Below, one piece after another: positions 8,745 through 17,528 of a stretch of DNA of 64,000 bases. The notes below the pieces were generated by a model. The model was not told the origin of the DNA, did no database searches, and saw only the letters and a list, made by a program, of their open reading frames with translations. Source of the DNA: Candidatus Eiseniibacteriota bacterium (GTDB lineage Bacteria > Eisenbacteria > RBG-16-71-46). Within the stretch, counting starts at the first letter, position 1, and the number at the start of each line of letters is the position of its first letter. Made by a program: the position numbers and the translations under genes. Where the stretch lies: NCBI GenBank assembly GCA_036505355.1, contig DASXTP010000105.1, positions 2,613 through 66,612 of the forward strand. The letters are read 5' to 3'.

Positions 8745-10067
8745 TCAGAATCCGATGATGACGCCGAGCGTGCCTCCCTCATTCGTGAACTTGCCGCCCG
8801 GCTCCTTCACCCAGGTGCCGGCCAAGAACGACTTGACGTTGGCGCGGGCCAGGCCGTTGACGGTGAGCGATACCTGCTCGGTCTTCTCGTCGGCGATCTT
8901 GAGCGACTCCCACCTCCCGGCCGGAATCAGCCAGGGAAGCGCCACCCAGGACAGTTCCGCGAATTGGTTCTTGATCTTGACGTCGGTGATCGTCGGATCC
9001 GCCACGAAAAGACGGTCGTCCTTCCGGTCCGTGTATCCGGCGCGCGCCATCAGGTCGAGGTAATTCACGGCCATGTCGCCCCCGGCCATTCGAAACGGAT
9101 CGCGGGCGTTGGGGTCCAGGGGATCTCCCCCTTCGAGGATGCTCTTGCCCTTGTAGACGAACCCGGAGAGCGTGAGGGAGGTCTCGCTCCACGGCTTGGG
9201 GTTGGTCGGCAGCGCCGCTTCTGCGCCACCGCTGGGAACTCCGTCGAACGGCAGCCCGCCGAGCTTGTAGGCCAGCCGACCGTACACGTCCTTCGAATTG
9301 TCGCCGATGCTTCCCGATCCCTCCACCACACCGGCGTTGTAGAGCACGCGGTGCTCGAGCATTCCGTAGGCCTCGAGACCTTGCTGGAAGCCATCGGGAG
9401 CCCAGGGGTTGTCGCCGGCGGACTCCGTCAAGACCAGCGGTTCCTGGTCCAGGATGGAGCGGTGCGAGGACAGCAGCATGATTCCTGGCTCGAAGGAGCC
9501 GACCTTGAACTGCAGGGCGGGCGAATCGAGCGGGCGCACCAGCAGATTGACGCGCTCCATCTCGGTCGCGATCTCGCTCCCGTCGCGGGCGAACACAACC
9601 GATCCCCAGAAGGAGAAATGCTCGTCGAGGGTCCCGGCGCCCAGAATTTCGAGCTCGCCGCCCATACCACCAAATGTGGTGGTCTTGGTCGCGTGATCGT
9701 AGTCGACCGCGCTCGTGTAGAGGACAGCGACCGGCGGCATCCCGGGGATCTCTCCCGGCCAGACCGCATGCGGCCAGAGCTTCTTGTAGCCCTCAGCGCC
9801 GATCGAGACCGGAGGGATCTTCGTCATTGCCGCATCGTTGCCCCCAGGAAAGCGGTAGCCATTCTGTCGGAATGCCTCGCCGAAGGGAGTCAGCGCGGGG
9901 ATCGCGACGTGGCAAGTCTGACAGCTCGTCTGGTACTTCCGCGCAAACGCCGGAATCGTGTAGGCATTCCGGGGCGCGATCAGCGCCGCCGAATACAGCA
10001 CGATCAGCGTCAGCCCGAACACGGTACGTACGTCGAACACCATCGGCTTGGGTCCTTCTCGTAGCAT
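8745..10067 (-). CDS. cyc2: Cyc2-like fused monoheme cytochrome c / outer-membrane beta-barrel porin
   Basis: Signal peptide then a single CQTCH heme motif about 45 aa from the N-terminus (AFARKYQTSCQTCHV). The remaining ~380 aa have alternating beta-strand character and end in the OMP-type terminal ...GVIIGF. Size (440 aa) and architecture match Cyc2 of iron oxidizers. Confidence 0.6.
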   Translation of the reverse strand: MLREGPKPMVFDVRTVFGLTLIVLYSAALIAPRNAYTIPAFARKYQTSCQTCHVAIPALTPFGEAFRQNGYRFPGGNDAAMTKIPPVSIGAEGYKKLWPHAVWPGEIPGMPPVAVLYTSAVDYDHATKTTTFGGMGGELEILGAGTLDEHFSFWGSVVFARDGSEIATEMERVNLLVRPLDSPALQFKVGSFEPGIMLLSSHRSILDQEPLVLTESAGDNPWAPDGFQQGLEAYGMLEHRVLYNAGVVEGSGSIGDNSKDVYGRLAYKLGGLPFDGVPSGGAEAALPTNPKPWSETSLTLSGFVYKGKSILEGGDPLDPNARDPFRMAGGDMAVNYLDLMARAGYTDRKDDRLFVADPTITDVKIKNQFAELSWVALPWLIPAGRWESLKIADEKTEQVSLTVNGLARANVKSFLAGTWVKEPGGKFTNEGGTLGVIIGF

Positions 10068-10196
10068 GGCCCCTCCTCGCGTCAGCGGGACTTTCGAACG
10101 AGGACGAGGCTAGAAGGACAAGGCGAGCGTCACCATCCGCGGAACGAATCATTCTTCTGATGCGGATGCATCAGAAGTCTGCCAGCCGAGGAGGGC

Positions 10197-10868
10197 TCAG
10201 AGCAGGTGGGTGCGAAGCGCCAGCGAGACTGCCTCGAGCTTGCTGTGGACGTCGAGCTTGCGGAGGATGTTCTGAACGTGGTTCCGTGTCGTCGTAACGC
10301 TGATGAACAGTGAATCGGCGATGCCCTGAGTGCTCGTTCCTTCGGCCAGAAGAGCGAGGACCTGGACTTCGCGCGGGGTCAGCACCGGCGACGGGGGCAA
10401 CGACGGCTCGTTGGCCGCGGGAGCCGACACCGGTGGGGCGTGTTGCTGGGTCAGGATTCGGCGGATCAGCTGGTCGACATCGCGGCGACGATCGACCCGC
10501 TCCAGGAAGTGGATCAGCGTGTACTGCCGCGCGCGAGGGCCTGGCATCACGACGATCGAGAAGCTGGCCGGGACGGTCTCGCCCGACTCGTTGCGGACGT
10601 CGAGCTCGAAGTGGCGTACCGATTCGTGTCGTTCGACCATGAACGTCAGGGCGCACTGGCGGTCGCAGAAGCGGTTACCGAAGACATCTCGCCCACAGAG
10701 GATCTCATGGCAGGACTTGCCGAGGACCTGGGAGGCGGGATAGCCGAGCATCTCCTGGGCACCCTTGTTCCAGATGGCGATGCGCCCCTTCTCGTCGGTC
10801 GCGAAGGCGGCCGCGCCGGCGCGGCCGATCACGTCCAGTGGGTCCACGATCAACGCATCCTTTCGCCT
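10197..10868 (-). CDS. LuxR-family transcriptional regulator with N-terminal PAS sensor domain (start uncertain)
   Basis: C-terminal LuxR HTH (LTPREVQVLALLAEGTSTQGIADSLFISVTTTRNHVQNILRKL). PAS-like segment (IAIWNKGAQEMLGYPASQVLGKSCHEIL). Upstream part of the long ORF looks non-coding. Confidence 0.65.
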   Translation of the reverse strand, partial: RRKDALIVDPLDVIGRAGAAAFATDEKGRIAIWNKGAQEMLGYPASQVLGKSCHEILCGRDVFGNRFCDRQCALTFMVERHESVRHFELDVRNESGETVPASFSIVVMPGPRARQYTLIHFLERVDRRRDVDQLIRRILTQQHAPPVSAPAANEPSLPPSPVLTPREVQVLALLAEGTSTQGIADSLFISVTTTRNHVQNILRKLDVHSKLEAVSLALRTHLL

Positions 10869-11269
10869 CTGCGCGAATCCTCTCCCCCGCGCCTCGTCCA
10901 GCGCGCAACGAGAGCGGGCCAATGGTCCTACCTCATCCCACAGGAAGGCAGCGGGATCGTTGGGCCCTGGCGCGGCTGGAGAGCATAGGCACTCGGACCC
11001 TGCTTTCGACGAAAAATCAGCGAATCGAATAGCGGACCCTCGCCCTACCACTTGGCCATGCCGCATCAACAAACTGCGGGGTAGAGACTTATGGCGCACT
11101 CGGGGAGCGAAAACCGACCCGAAAGATCCGACAAGACCGCTGCGGCGACCCCGCCACGGGTCGCCACTCTTACCCCCCGTCCAGACCTAGCGCGCGGGCG
11201 GCGCATTTTGTCGCAGCTTTTCCCCCAGCCGCTTCGCCCAGTCCAGCGACAGCGCGATCTCGCGGCGCT

Positions 11270-11550
11270 CGGCCGCGCCCCGTCCACGGCCGCCCTACCG
11301 GTGCGCGAACTCCTTTGCGGCGGGCGGGTGAACAGGAAGCGATCGCTCACCGGGTCGTAGTCGTAGTCGCGGAACGAGATCTCGGTGGGCGACGGGGGGA
11401 CCTCGAACAGCGCCTCGGGCTGTCCAACGGAGAGATCGTCGCCGCGCGCGTCGATGGGTGCGCGCATCAGGGTCTCACCGGTGACCATGAACAGCTCGCG
11501 CCCGTCCCGGCCCCAGCGGACGCCGCCGGCCCCGCCGGTCGAGACTTGCC
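11270..11550 (-). pseudogene. 3' fragment of a paralogous kinase-associated TolB-like beta-propeller gene
   Basis: WQVSTGGAGGVRWGRDGRELFMVTGETLMRAPIDARGDDLSVGQPEALFEV...YDYDPVSDRFLFTRPP matches the last propeller blades of the intact paralog at 12.0-14.8 kb. No N-terminal part; high GC3 only over this segment. Confidence 0.5.
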
Positions 11551-11559
11551 AGCTCCCCG

Positions 11560-11695
11560 AACTCCTGTCCAGACGCCGCAGGCAAGCCTCCTCGCGGCGG
11601 GTCTTGTTCGTGAGATCCTCGATGCAGTGCGCCTGTTCTCGGCGGGAATCGAGCAAACCGACGACATCACCATCGTGGTGGTGCGCCGGATGTGA
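11560..11695 (+). pseudogene. possible C-terminal remnant of a PP2C/SpoIIE-type phosphatase
   Basis: Ends ...LVREILDAVRLFSAGIEQTDDITIVVVRRM, resembling the conserved RsbU/SpoIIE C-terminus (DDITLLVLRR). Coding-like GC3 only over the last ~35 codons. Confidence 0.3.
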
Positions 11696-12009
11696 CCTTC
11701 GAGCCCCCGGGCGCCTTCGCCCTGGGTCCAACCTCGATGGAGAGCGGTTCCGGTGCGGCCGGCGGCCGCACCGGCCTCAGGCGCGCGAATTCGACCTCGA
11801 CCCGGGCCTCACGCCCCCCCCTACACTCCCCCGGGTAGCAAGCAAGTTCCTGTTCCTCCTGGGCGGCGAGGCCTTCCCGGGGATCGTGCGGCTCACCTGG
11901 ACGCCGTTCCGCGGGCCCAATGCCAGCGCGGTGGACGCGGTATTCCGCGCCCACCAGATCGCCGCCGCCGCCCCATGACGGGGCACCCACAGGTCGGGGG
12001 GCGCTGTTC

Positions 12010-14790
12010 GTGAACGATCGGCCGCAGACGCTGGGACCTTATCCCGTCGAGCGCGAGCTGGGGCGTGGCGGGATGGGCGTCGTCTATCTCGCGCGCGACC
12101 CCAAGCTCGACCGCCGGCGATCAAGGTGCTCCCCGACGAGTTCGCTCGCGACCCGGAGCGGCTGGCGCGCTTCGAGCGCGAGGCCCGATTGCTCGCCTCG
12201 CTCAGCCACTCGAACGTGGCCGGCATCTACGGCATCGAGGAGGCTGCCGGGAAGCGACTCCTGATCCTCGAGTACATCCCAGGCGATACGCTGGCGGCCC
12301 GCACCACCCTCGGGCCTTTGCCCCTCGACGAGGCGTTGGACGTGTGCCGGCAGATCGCCCTGGCCGTCGAGGCCGCGCACGACGGCGGGGTCGTCCATCG
12401 CGACTTGAAGCCCGGCAACGTGAAGATCACGCCCGATGGGCAGGTAAAGGTCCTCGACTTTGGCCTCGCTAAGGGCGGGGCTGGAACGCCGTCCAGCTCG
12501 GGCCCGGACCTTTCGCAGTCGCCGACCATCACCTACGCCGCGACCGGTGCCGGCGTGATCCTCGGCACTGCCGCCTATATGAGTCCGGAGAAGGCGCGCG
12601 CGAAACCGATCGACAAGCGCACCGACATCTGGTCGTTCGGCTGCGTGCTCTACGAATGCCTGACCGGCCGGCAGGCGTTCGGCGGCGAGACCGTCTCGGA
12701 CACCATCGCCAGGATCCTCGAGCGCGAGCCCGACTCGTCGGCGCTGCCACCGCAGACGCCGGCGACCGTGCGGGAGCTGCTGCGCCGCTGCCTCGAGAAG
12801 GACGCAAAGAAGCGCCAGCGTGACATCGGCGACGCGCGCCTCGAGCTGGAGGAGGCGATCGCCGCCCGGTCCACTGCCACGCGCGCGGCGGCCGCGGCCG
12901 CCGAAGCGCGGAGCCGCGCGGTGCCCTCGCCACGCACCTGGGCGCTCGTGGCCGTGGCCCTGGTGCTCGGTGCCGCCGCCGGGATCGGCGTCTGGGTGGC
13001 CGCCGGGGCAGGAGCCTCCAGCGCTCGGAGCGGCCGGCCTGTCCACTTGTCGCTGACCACGCCGCCGTCCATTCGTGCTTCGGCTGCGAGCCTTTCACCC
13101 GACGGCCGGACCGTCGTCCTCTTCGGCCAAATGCGGAAGCCCGATGGCACCGAAGAGCCACGGTCTCGTCTCTATACGCGGACGCTGGACGACTACGACC
13201 TCAAGCCCATCCCCGGGGCAGAGGGGGCAACCTTCTTCAATTTTTCGCCCGATGGGCGCTGGGTCGCGTTCGTGCATGCCGTTTCCGAGGAATCTTCCAA
13301 GCTCCGACTCTCCAAGGCCCCCGTGGACGGAAGCTTGCCCCCCGTGGTGCTGAGCGAATGGGACGACGCATGGCGTATGGGCTTCGTTTGGCTCGAGGAC
13401 GGCGATCTGCTCATCATCACCGATGCCAGCACCAGCTTCTTCCGGCTGCCGACGGGCGGTGGCGCCGCGAAGCCGGCCAAGAAGCTGGATACCGGCGGCG
13501 TCTCCCCATCCTTCGACTTCGCGAGTGCCCTTCCCGGGGGGCGCGGCGTCCTCCTCAACGCACATGCGTGGGGTCCGCGCGGCTTTCAGGGCGACCTGTG
13601 GCTGCTCGATCCCAAGACGGGCAAGGCACGCCGGCTGCTCGAGAATGCGGGCAATGGCGTCTACTCACGGACGGGGCACCTGCTCTTCACGCGCGGCGAG
13701 GCCTTGATGGCCGCTCCCTTCGACCTGAGGCGCCGCGCGGTAACAGACAATGTGATCGCCCTAATGAGCGGCCTGCGGACGCCCAACTCGTGGGATCACG
13801 CCTACCTCGATGTGTCCCGGGATGGCAGCCTGTTCTACGCTCCGGGCGGCCGGGTCGGGGTGCGGCGCAGCCTGGCGGTCGCGGACGCAGCAGGAAACGT
13901 CACGCCGTTCATCGGCGAGCCGCGCGCCTACCCGGCCGGCGTGGCGATCTCTCGGAACGACCGGAAAGTCGCGGTGGTCATTCCCAACGCGAGAGCAACC
14001 TATGAAATCTGGGTGGCCGATCTGGATCGGCCAGGACTTCGACGCGTCATCGCCCTGCCGACGGCCGACTGCGCGGGGTCAAGCTGGTCCCCCGACGGAC
14101 GGCAGCTGGCATTCAACCGGCAAGCGAGGGACAAGGACGACGGCGCCTATGTACAGCCGGCGGACGGGAGCATGCCGCCCCAACCCGTCATGAAGAGGCG
14201 ATCGGAGCTGGAGTTCATCACTCCCGGGGCTTGGACGCCGGATGGCTCCGCGCTGTTGGTCAACGCATCATCGGGCGGCACGTCGGACAATCTGGTAGTG
14301 CCGATCACGGCGGCGGGAGACACACGGCCAAGGCCCGCCCGATTCTGGCCACGCCCGCGAGCGAATACGGCACTTGCTTCTCGCCCGATGGACGCCTGCT
14401 CGCCTTCATCTCCGACGAATCCGGGAGGTACGAGGCCTACGTCGCGAGCTACCTGCGAAACGGAGCGGCGGGCACACCCGTGATGGTCTCCGAGGGGGTG
14501 CTAGCTGGGCGCGGTGGTCCGGCCACAAGCTCTACTAGGGTCGGGGCCGTCGACCGGATTCCACCCGCGTTGGAGACGGCGACCGACTTCACCCGGTCCC
14601 CTTCTGTGTAGGCCGACATGCGGAAGCTCAGAGCCACGCCTGGCATATTCGACATGCTCGGCGACGGCCGGATGCTCTTCGTCCAGAAAGGCGAGGAGGA
14701 AGACGACGTGAGCCAGTTCCACGTCATCCTCGGATGGTCGAATGAGCTTCGCGCTCGGATGAGCCAATCCCGCGCGGCCGGGGGCGCGCG
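12010..14790 (+). pseudogene. Ser/Thr protein kinase fused to a TolB-like beta-propeller, disrupted by at least three frameshifts and an internal deletion
   Basis: N-terminal kinase start (LGPYPVERELGRGGMGVVYLARDP) is out of frame with the next segment (VAIKVLPDEF...HRDLKPGNV...DFGLAK) near 12118. The propeller part shifts frame near 14330 and again near 14600 (tail FDMLGDGRMLFVQKGEEEDDVSQFHVILGWSNELRARM is in a third frame). About one blade is missing. Confidence 0.7.
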
Positions 14791-14850
14791 GTGACGTCGC
14801 CCGGCCCCGGCGCTTCGCTCGATCTCATTCCTCTCCTTGGAGGTCGTGCC

Positions 14851-16179
14851 ATGCGTCCCCCACCGCTCCGGTTGCGGCGCAGCATCATCGGCCTGGTTCT
14901 CTGTGCTCTCATGACCTGCGGCGCTGCTCGGCCGACGGTCGACCGCCCTCCGGTCGAGTGGCTCCGAGAGTTTGCGCGGCCCTTCGCCACCTGCGAGCCC
15001 GGCGGCACGGATCGCGACCTTGCGTCGTTGCGCGCCGTGGTCGGCGATGCCCGCATCGTTGCGCTGGGCGAGGTCCAGAGCGGCACGCACGAGTTCTTCC
15101 AGATGAAGCACCGCATCGTCGAATACCTCGCCACCCACTTGGGTCTCACCCTCTTCGCCGTCGAAGAGCACATGCCCGAGGCCTACCGGGTGAACGAGTA
15201 CGTCCTCACCGGAGCGGGCGACCCCAAGGCACTGCTCGCGCGGATCGACCGGCGGAAGAGAACGAAGGAGTTCCTGGACTTTGTCGAGGGGATGCGGGCG
15301 TTCAACCAGTCGGGCGGGGGCCGCCTCCAGTTCCTCGGCTTCGACATGCTGGGCCCAACCGACTCGGCGTCGGCGGCCGTCACTCGTTTCGTCGCTCGCG
15401 CCGAGCCCGCTTACCTCGACTCGGTCACCCATGCCTACCGGCTCGTGGCGGGGGCCCCGCGGCAAGAAGGCCGGACCGCGGGAGCCCGTGGCCTGTTTCC
15501 CGCGGCGGTGGCGGCCGGCCACAAGATCCGCGTCAGCGCCTGGATCCGGACCGAGAACGTGCACGACGGCTCTGCGGCGCTCTGGCTGCGCGGCGATGCC
15601 AGCCGCAAGAATGCCGTCGGGGGAAGCACGCGGGAGGTCAGCGGCACCACGCCGTGGACACCCTACGACTTCAGCCTCGACATACCCGACAGCATCTCGA
15701 CCATCCGCTTCGGCTGCATGCTGGCGGGGAGCGGCACGGCCTGGTTCGATTCGCTGGGCGTCGAGATCGACGGAATCCCCTTTGCCGGAAACGCGGGCCT
15801 CGACCTGACCATGGAACGCACCGACCGTCCGGTGGGAACGGACATCAGCGTCTCGAAGGGAGGCGCCTACGCCATCGATCTGGACTCGACGACCGTCTTC
15901 GCCGGAAGGCGCAGCCTGGGCATCCGCAGGGTCGGCCCGGACGCGCCTCCCGCCACTGCGACCTGGCCCGAACCCAGCGCGGCGGCCACTCGCGTCCTGG
16001 AGCACCTCGAGGCCGGGCGAGCTCGCTTCGCCGCCGCCTCGCCACCTGCCGACGTGGACTGGGCGATCCTGAACGCGCGCACCATCGCCCAGATGTCCGA
16101 CGTGAACGCCGGACCTGGAGGCAGGCGTGAGGACATCATGGCGGAGAACGTCGCCCAGATGCTAAGTGCCTTCGCCTGA
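14851..16179 (+). CDS. erythromycin-esterase (Ere/ChaN) family protein with signal peptide; 3' end replaced by an IS630 terminus
   Basis: RIVALGEVQSGTHEFFQMKHRIVEYL is the Ere-family motif. The last codons (..MLSAFA*) are encoded by the IS inverted repeat, and the expected ~100 C-terminal residues are absent downstream of the IS. Confidence 0.65.
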   Translation: MRPPPLRLRRSIIGLVLCALMTCGAARPTVDRPPVEWLREFARPFATCEPGGTDRDLASLRAVVGDARIVALGEVQSGTHEFFQMKHRIVEYLATHLGLTLFAVEEHMPEAYRVNEYVLTGAGDPKALLARIDRRKRTKEFLDFVEGMRAFNQSGGGRLQFLGFDMLGPTDSASAAVTRFVARAEPAYLDSVTHAYRLVAGAPRQEGRTAGARGLFPAAVAAGHKIRVSAWIRTENVHDGSAALWLRGDASRKNAVGGSTREVSGTTPWTPYDFSLDIPDSISTIRFGCMLAGSGTAWFDSLGVEIDGIPFAGNAGLDLTMERTDRPVGTDISVSKGGAYAIDLDSTTVFAGRRSLGIRRVGPDAPPATATWPEPSAAATRVLEHLEAGRARFAAASPPADVDWAILNARTIAQMSDVNAGPGGRREDIMAENVAQMLSAFA

Positions 16180-17343
16180 TTCGGAATTACCGGACATAGG
16201 GCGTTGAAAACGTGAGACCTGCCTTGTATCCCTTGGTTGCTGTTTGCCAACGGCACCTAGGGACAAGGAGGTCTCACGATGAGGCTTCGACTCAGACGGC
16301 CGACTCGGTTGTGGTTGCGGCGATTGGACCGCAAGACTCGCGACGCCGAAGTTCGGGTGCGCTGTCGAGTGTTGTTGAAGGTGGCGGCCGGGATGACCCG
16401 CCACGCTGCCGCGCGGGCGATCGGCTGTGCGCCCGCGACCGCGTGGCGCATCGTAGCGCGTTTTGAGACCCACGGGGAAGCCGCGCTGATGGACGGTCGG
16501 AGTGAGAACGGACGACCCAAGGTCGACGACGATATACGCGCCGGGATCTGCAAGATCCTGGAGCAGAGCCCGCCGGACTTCGGCTTTCCGCGTCCGACCT
16601 GGACGCTGGAGCTGTTGACGCGTGTGATCCAGCAGGTGCTGCAGGTGGCGGTGTCGGTCGGTCACCTGTGGAAGATCCTGCGGCGGTTGCGCGTGCGCTG
16701 GGGACGTCCGCGTCCAGTCGTGCGCTGCCCGTGGAACGCCGCGCACCGCGCGGCCCGGATCGCGGTGCTGCGCCGCCTGGTGGCGCAGCGGCAGCCGGGC
16801 GAGGTGGTGCTCTACGTGGACGAAGCCGATCTGCACCTCAATCCCAAGATCGGTCCCGACTGGATGCTGCTCGGCACGCAGCGCGAGGTGGTGACCCCCG
16901 GCCAGAACGAGAAGCGCCACCTGGCGGGCGCCTACGATCCCGCCCATCAGCGGCTGGTCTACGTCACCGGCGATCGCAAGGCGAGCTGGCTGTTCCTGAA
17001 CCTGCTGCGCGCCCTGCTGGACGCCTGCCGCTGGGCACGCCGCATCCATCTGATCCTCGACAACTACATCATCCACAAGAGCCGCCTGACCCTGGCGTGG
17101 CTCGGCCGTCACGGCGCCAAGTTGCGGCTGCACTTCCTGCCGCCCTACTGCCCGAACGAAAACCGGATCGAACGCCTGTGGCTCGATCCGCATGCCAACG
17201 TGACCCGTAATCACCGGTGCCGCACCATCGATGAGCTACTGGGCGCGGTTCACCACTACCTCGCCCGACGGTTTGATCTCGCTCAAGTCATTGCCTATGC
17301 GGCCTGACCACAGCCTTCCCGAATCAGGCGAAGGCATTTAGCA
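16158..17343 (+). mobile_element. intact IS630-family insertion sequence (about 1.19 kb)
   Basis: 25-bp terminal inverted repeats TGCTAA(G/A)TGCCTTCGCCTGATTCGG at 16158-16182 and, reverse-complemented, at 17319-17343, flanking a single transposase gene. Confidence 0.8.
16279..17307 (+). CDS. IS630-family DDE transposase
   Basis: N-terminal HTH, then VLYVDEADLHL ... LPPYCPNENRIERLW (DDE with IS630-type spacing). 342 aa with good SD (GGAGG) upstream. Confidence 0.85.
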   Translation: MRLRLRRPTRLWLRRLDRKTRDAEVRVRCRVLLKVAAGMTRHAAARAIGCAPATAWRIVARFETHGEAALMDGRSENGRPKVDDDIRAGICKILEQSPPDFGFPRPTWTLELLTRVIQQVLQVAVSVGHLWKILRRLRVRWGRPRPVVRCPWNAAHRAARIAVLRRLVAQRQPGEVVLYVDEADLHLNPKIGPDWMLLGTQREVVTPGQNEKRHLAGAYDPAHQRLVYVTGDRKASWLFLNLLRALLDACRWARRIHLILDNYIIHKSRLTLAWLGRHGAKLRLHFLPPYCPNENRIERLWLDPHANVTRNHRCRTIDELLGAVHHYLARRFDLAQVIAYAA

Positions 17344-17348
17344 ACAGA

Positions 17349-17510
17349 CGTGGCGTAGGAGAGCCCAGACGCGTTCCGAGAGACCCGGTCGCTCCGGACC
17401 CGCTGCGCGGGTGCCATCCTGGCTGCGCTCCCTGACCCACTGACGCGCGCCGGCTCCTGCCGGTCGCGCTGTCGGGAGTCTCACGGAACGCGTCTGGGCT
17501 CTCCTACGCC
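17349..17510. repeat. MITE-like element / long hairpin with 34-bp terminal inverted repeats
   Basis: GGCGTAGGAGAGCCCAGACGCGTTCCGAGAGAC (17354-17386) pairs with its near-perfect reverse complement at about 17476-17508. The arms are separated by ~90 bp that contain a CCGGTCGC direct repeat. Lies between IS630 and the PHP gene stop. Confidence 0.55.
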
Positions 17511-17528
17511 AGCATGCTGGTCGCCGAA

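Noticed and set aside
10068-10196. Imperfect palindrome TCTGATGCGGATGCATCAGA between the LuxR-family gene and the cyc2-like gene, considered as a Rho-independent terminator
   Set aside because: Short imperfect stem without a following U-tract on the transcribed strand. Could equally be a regulator binding site, and the evidence is insufficient.
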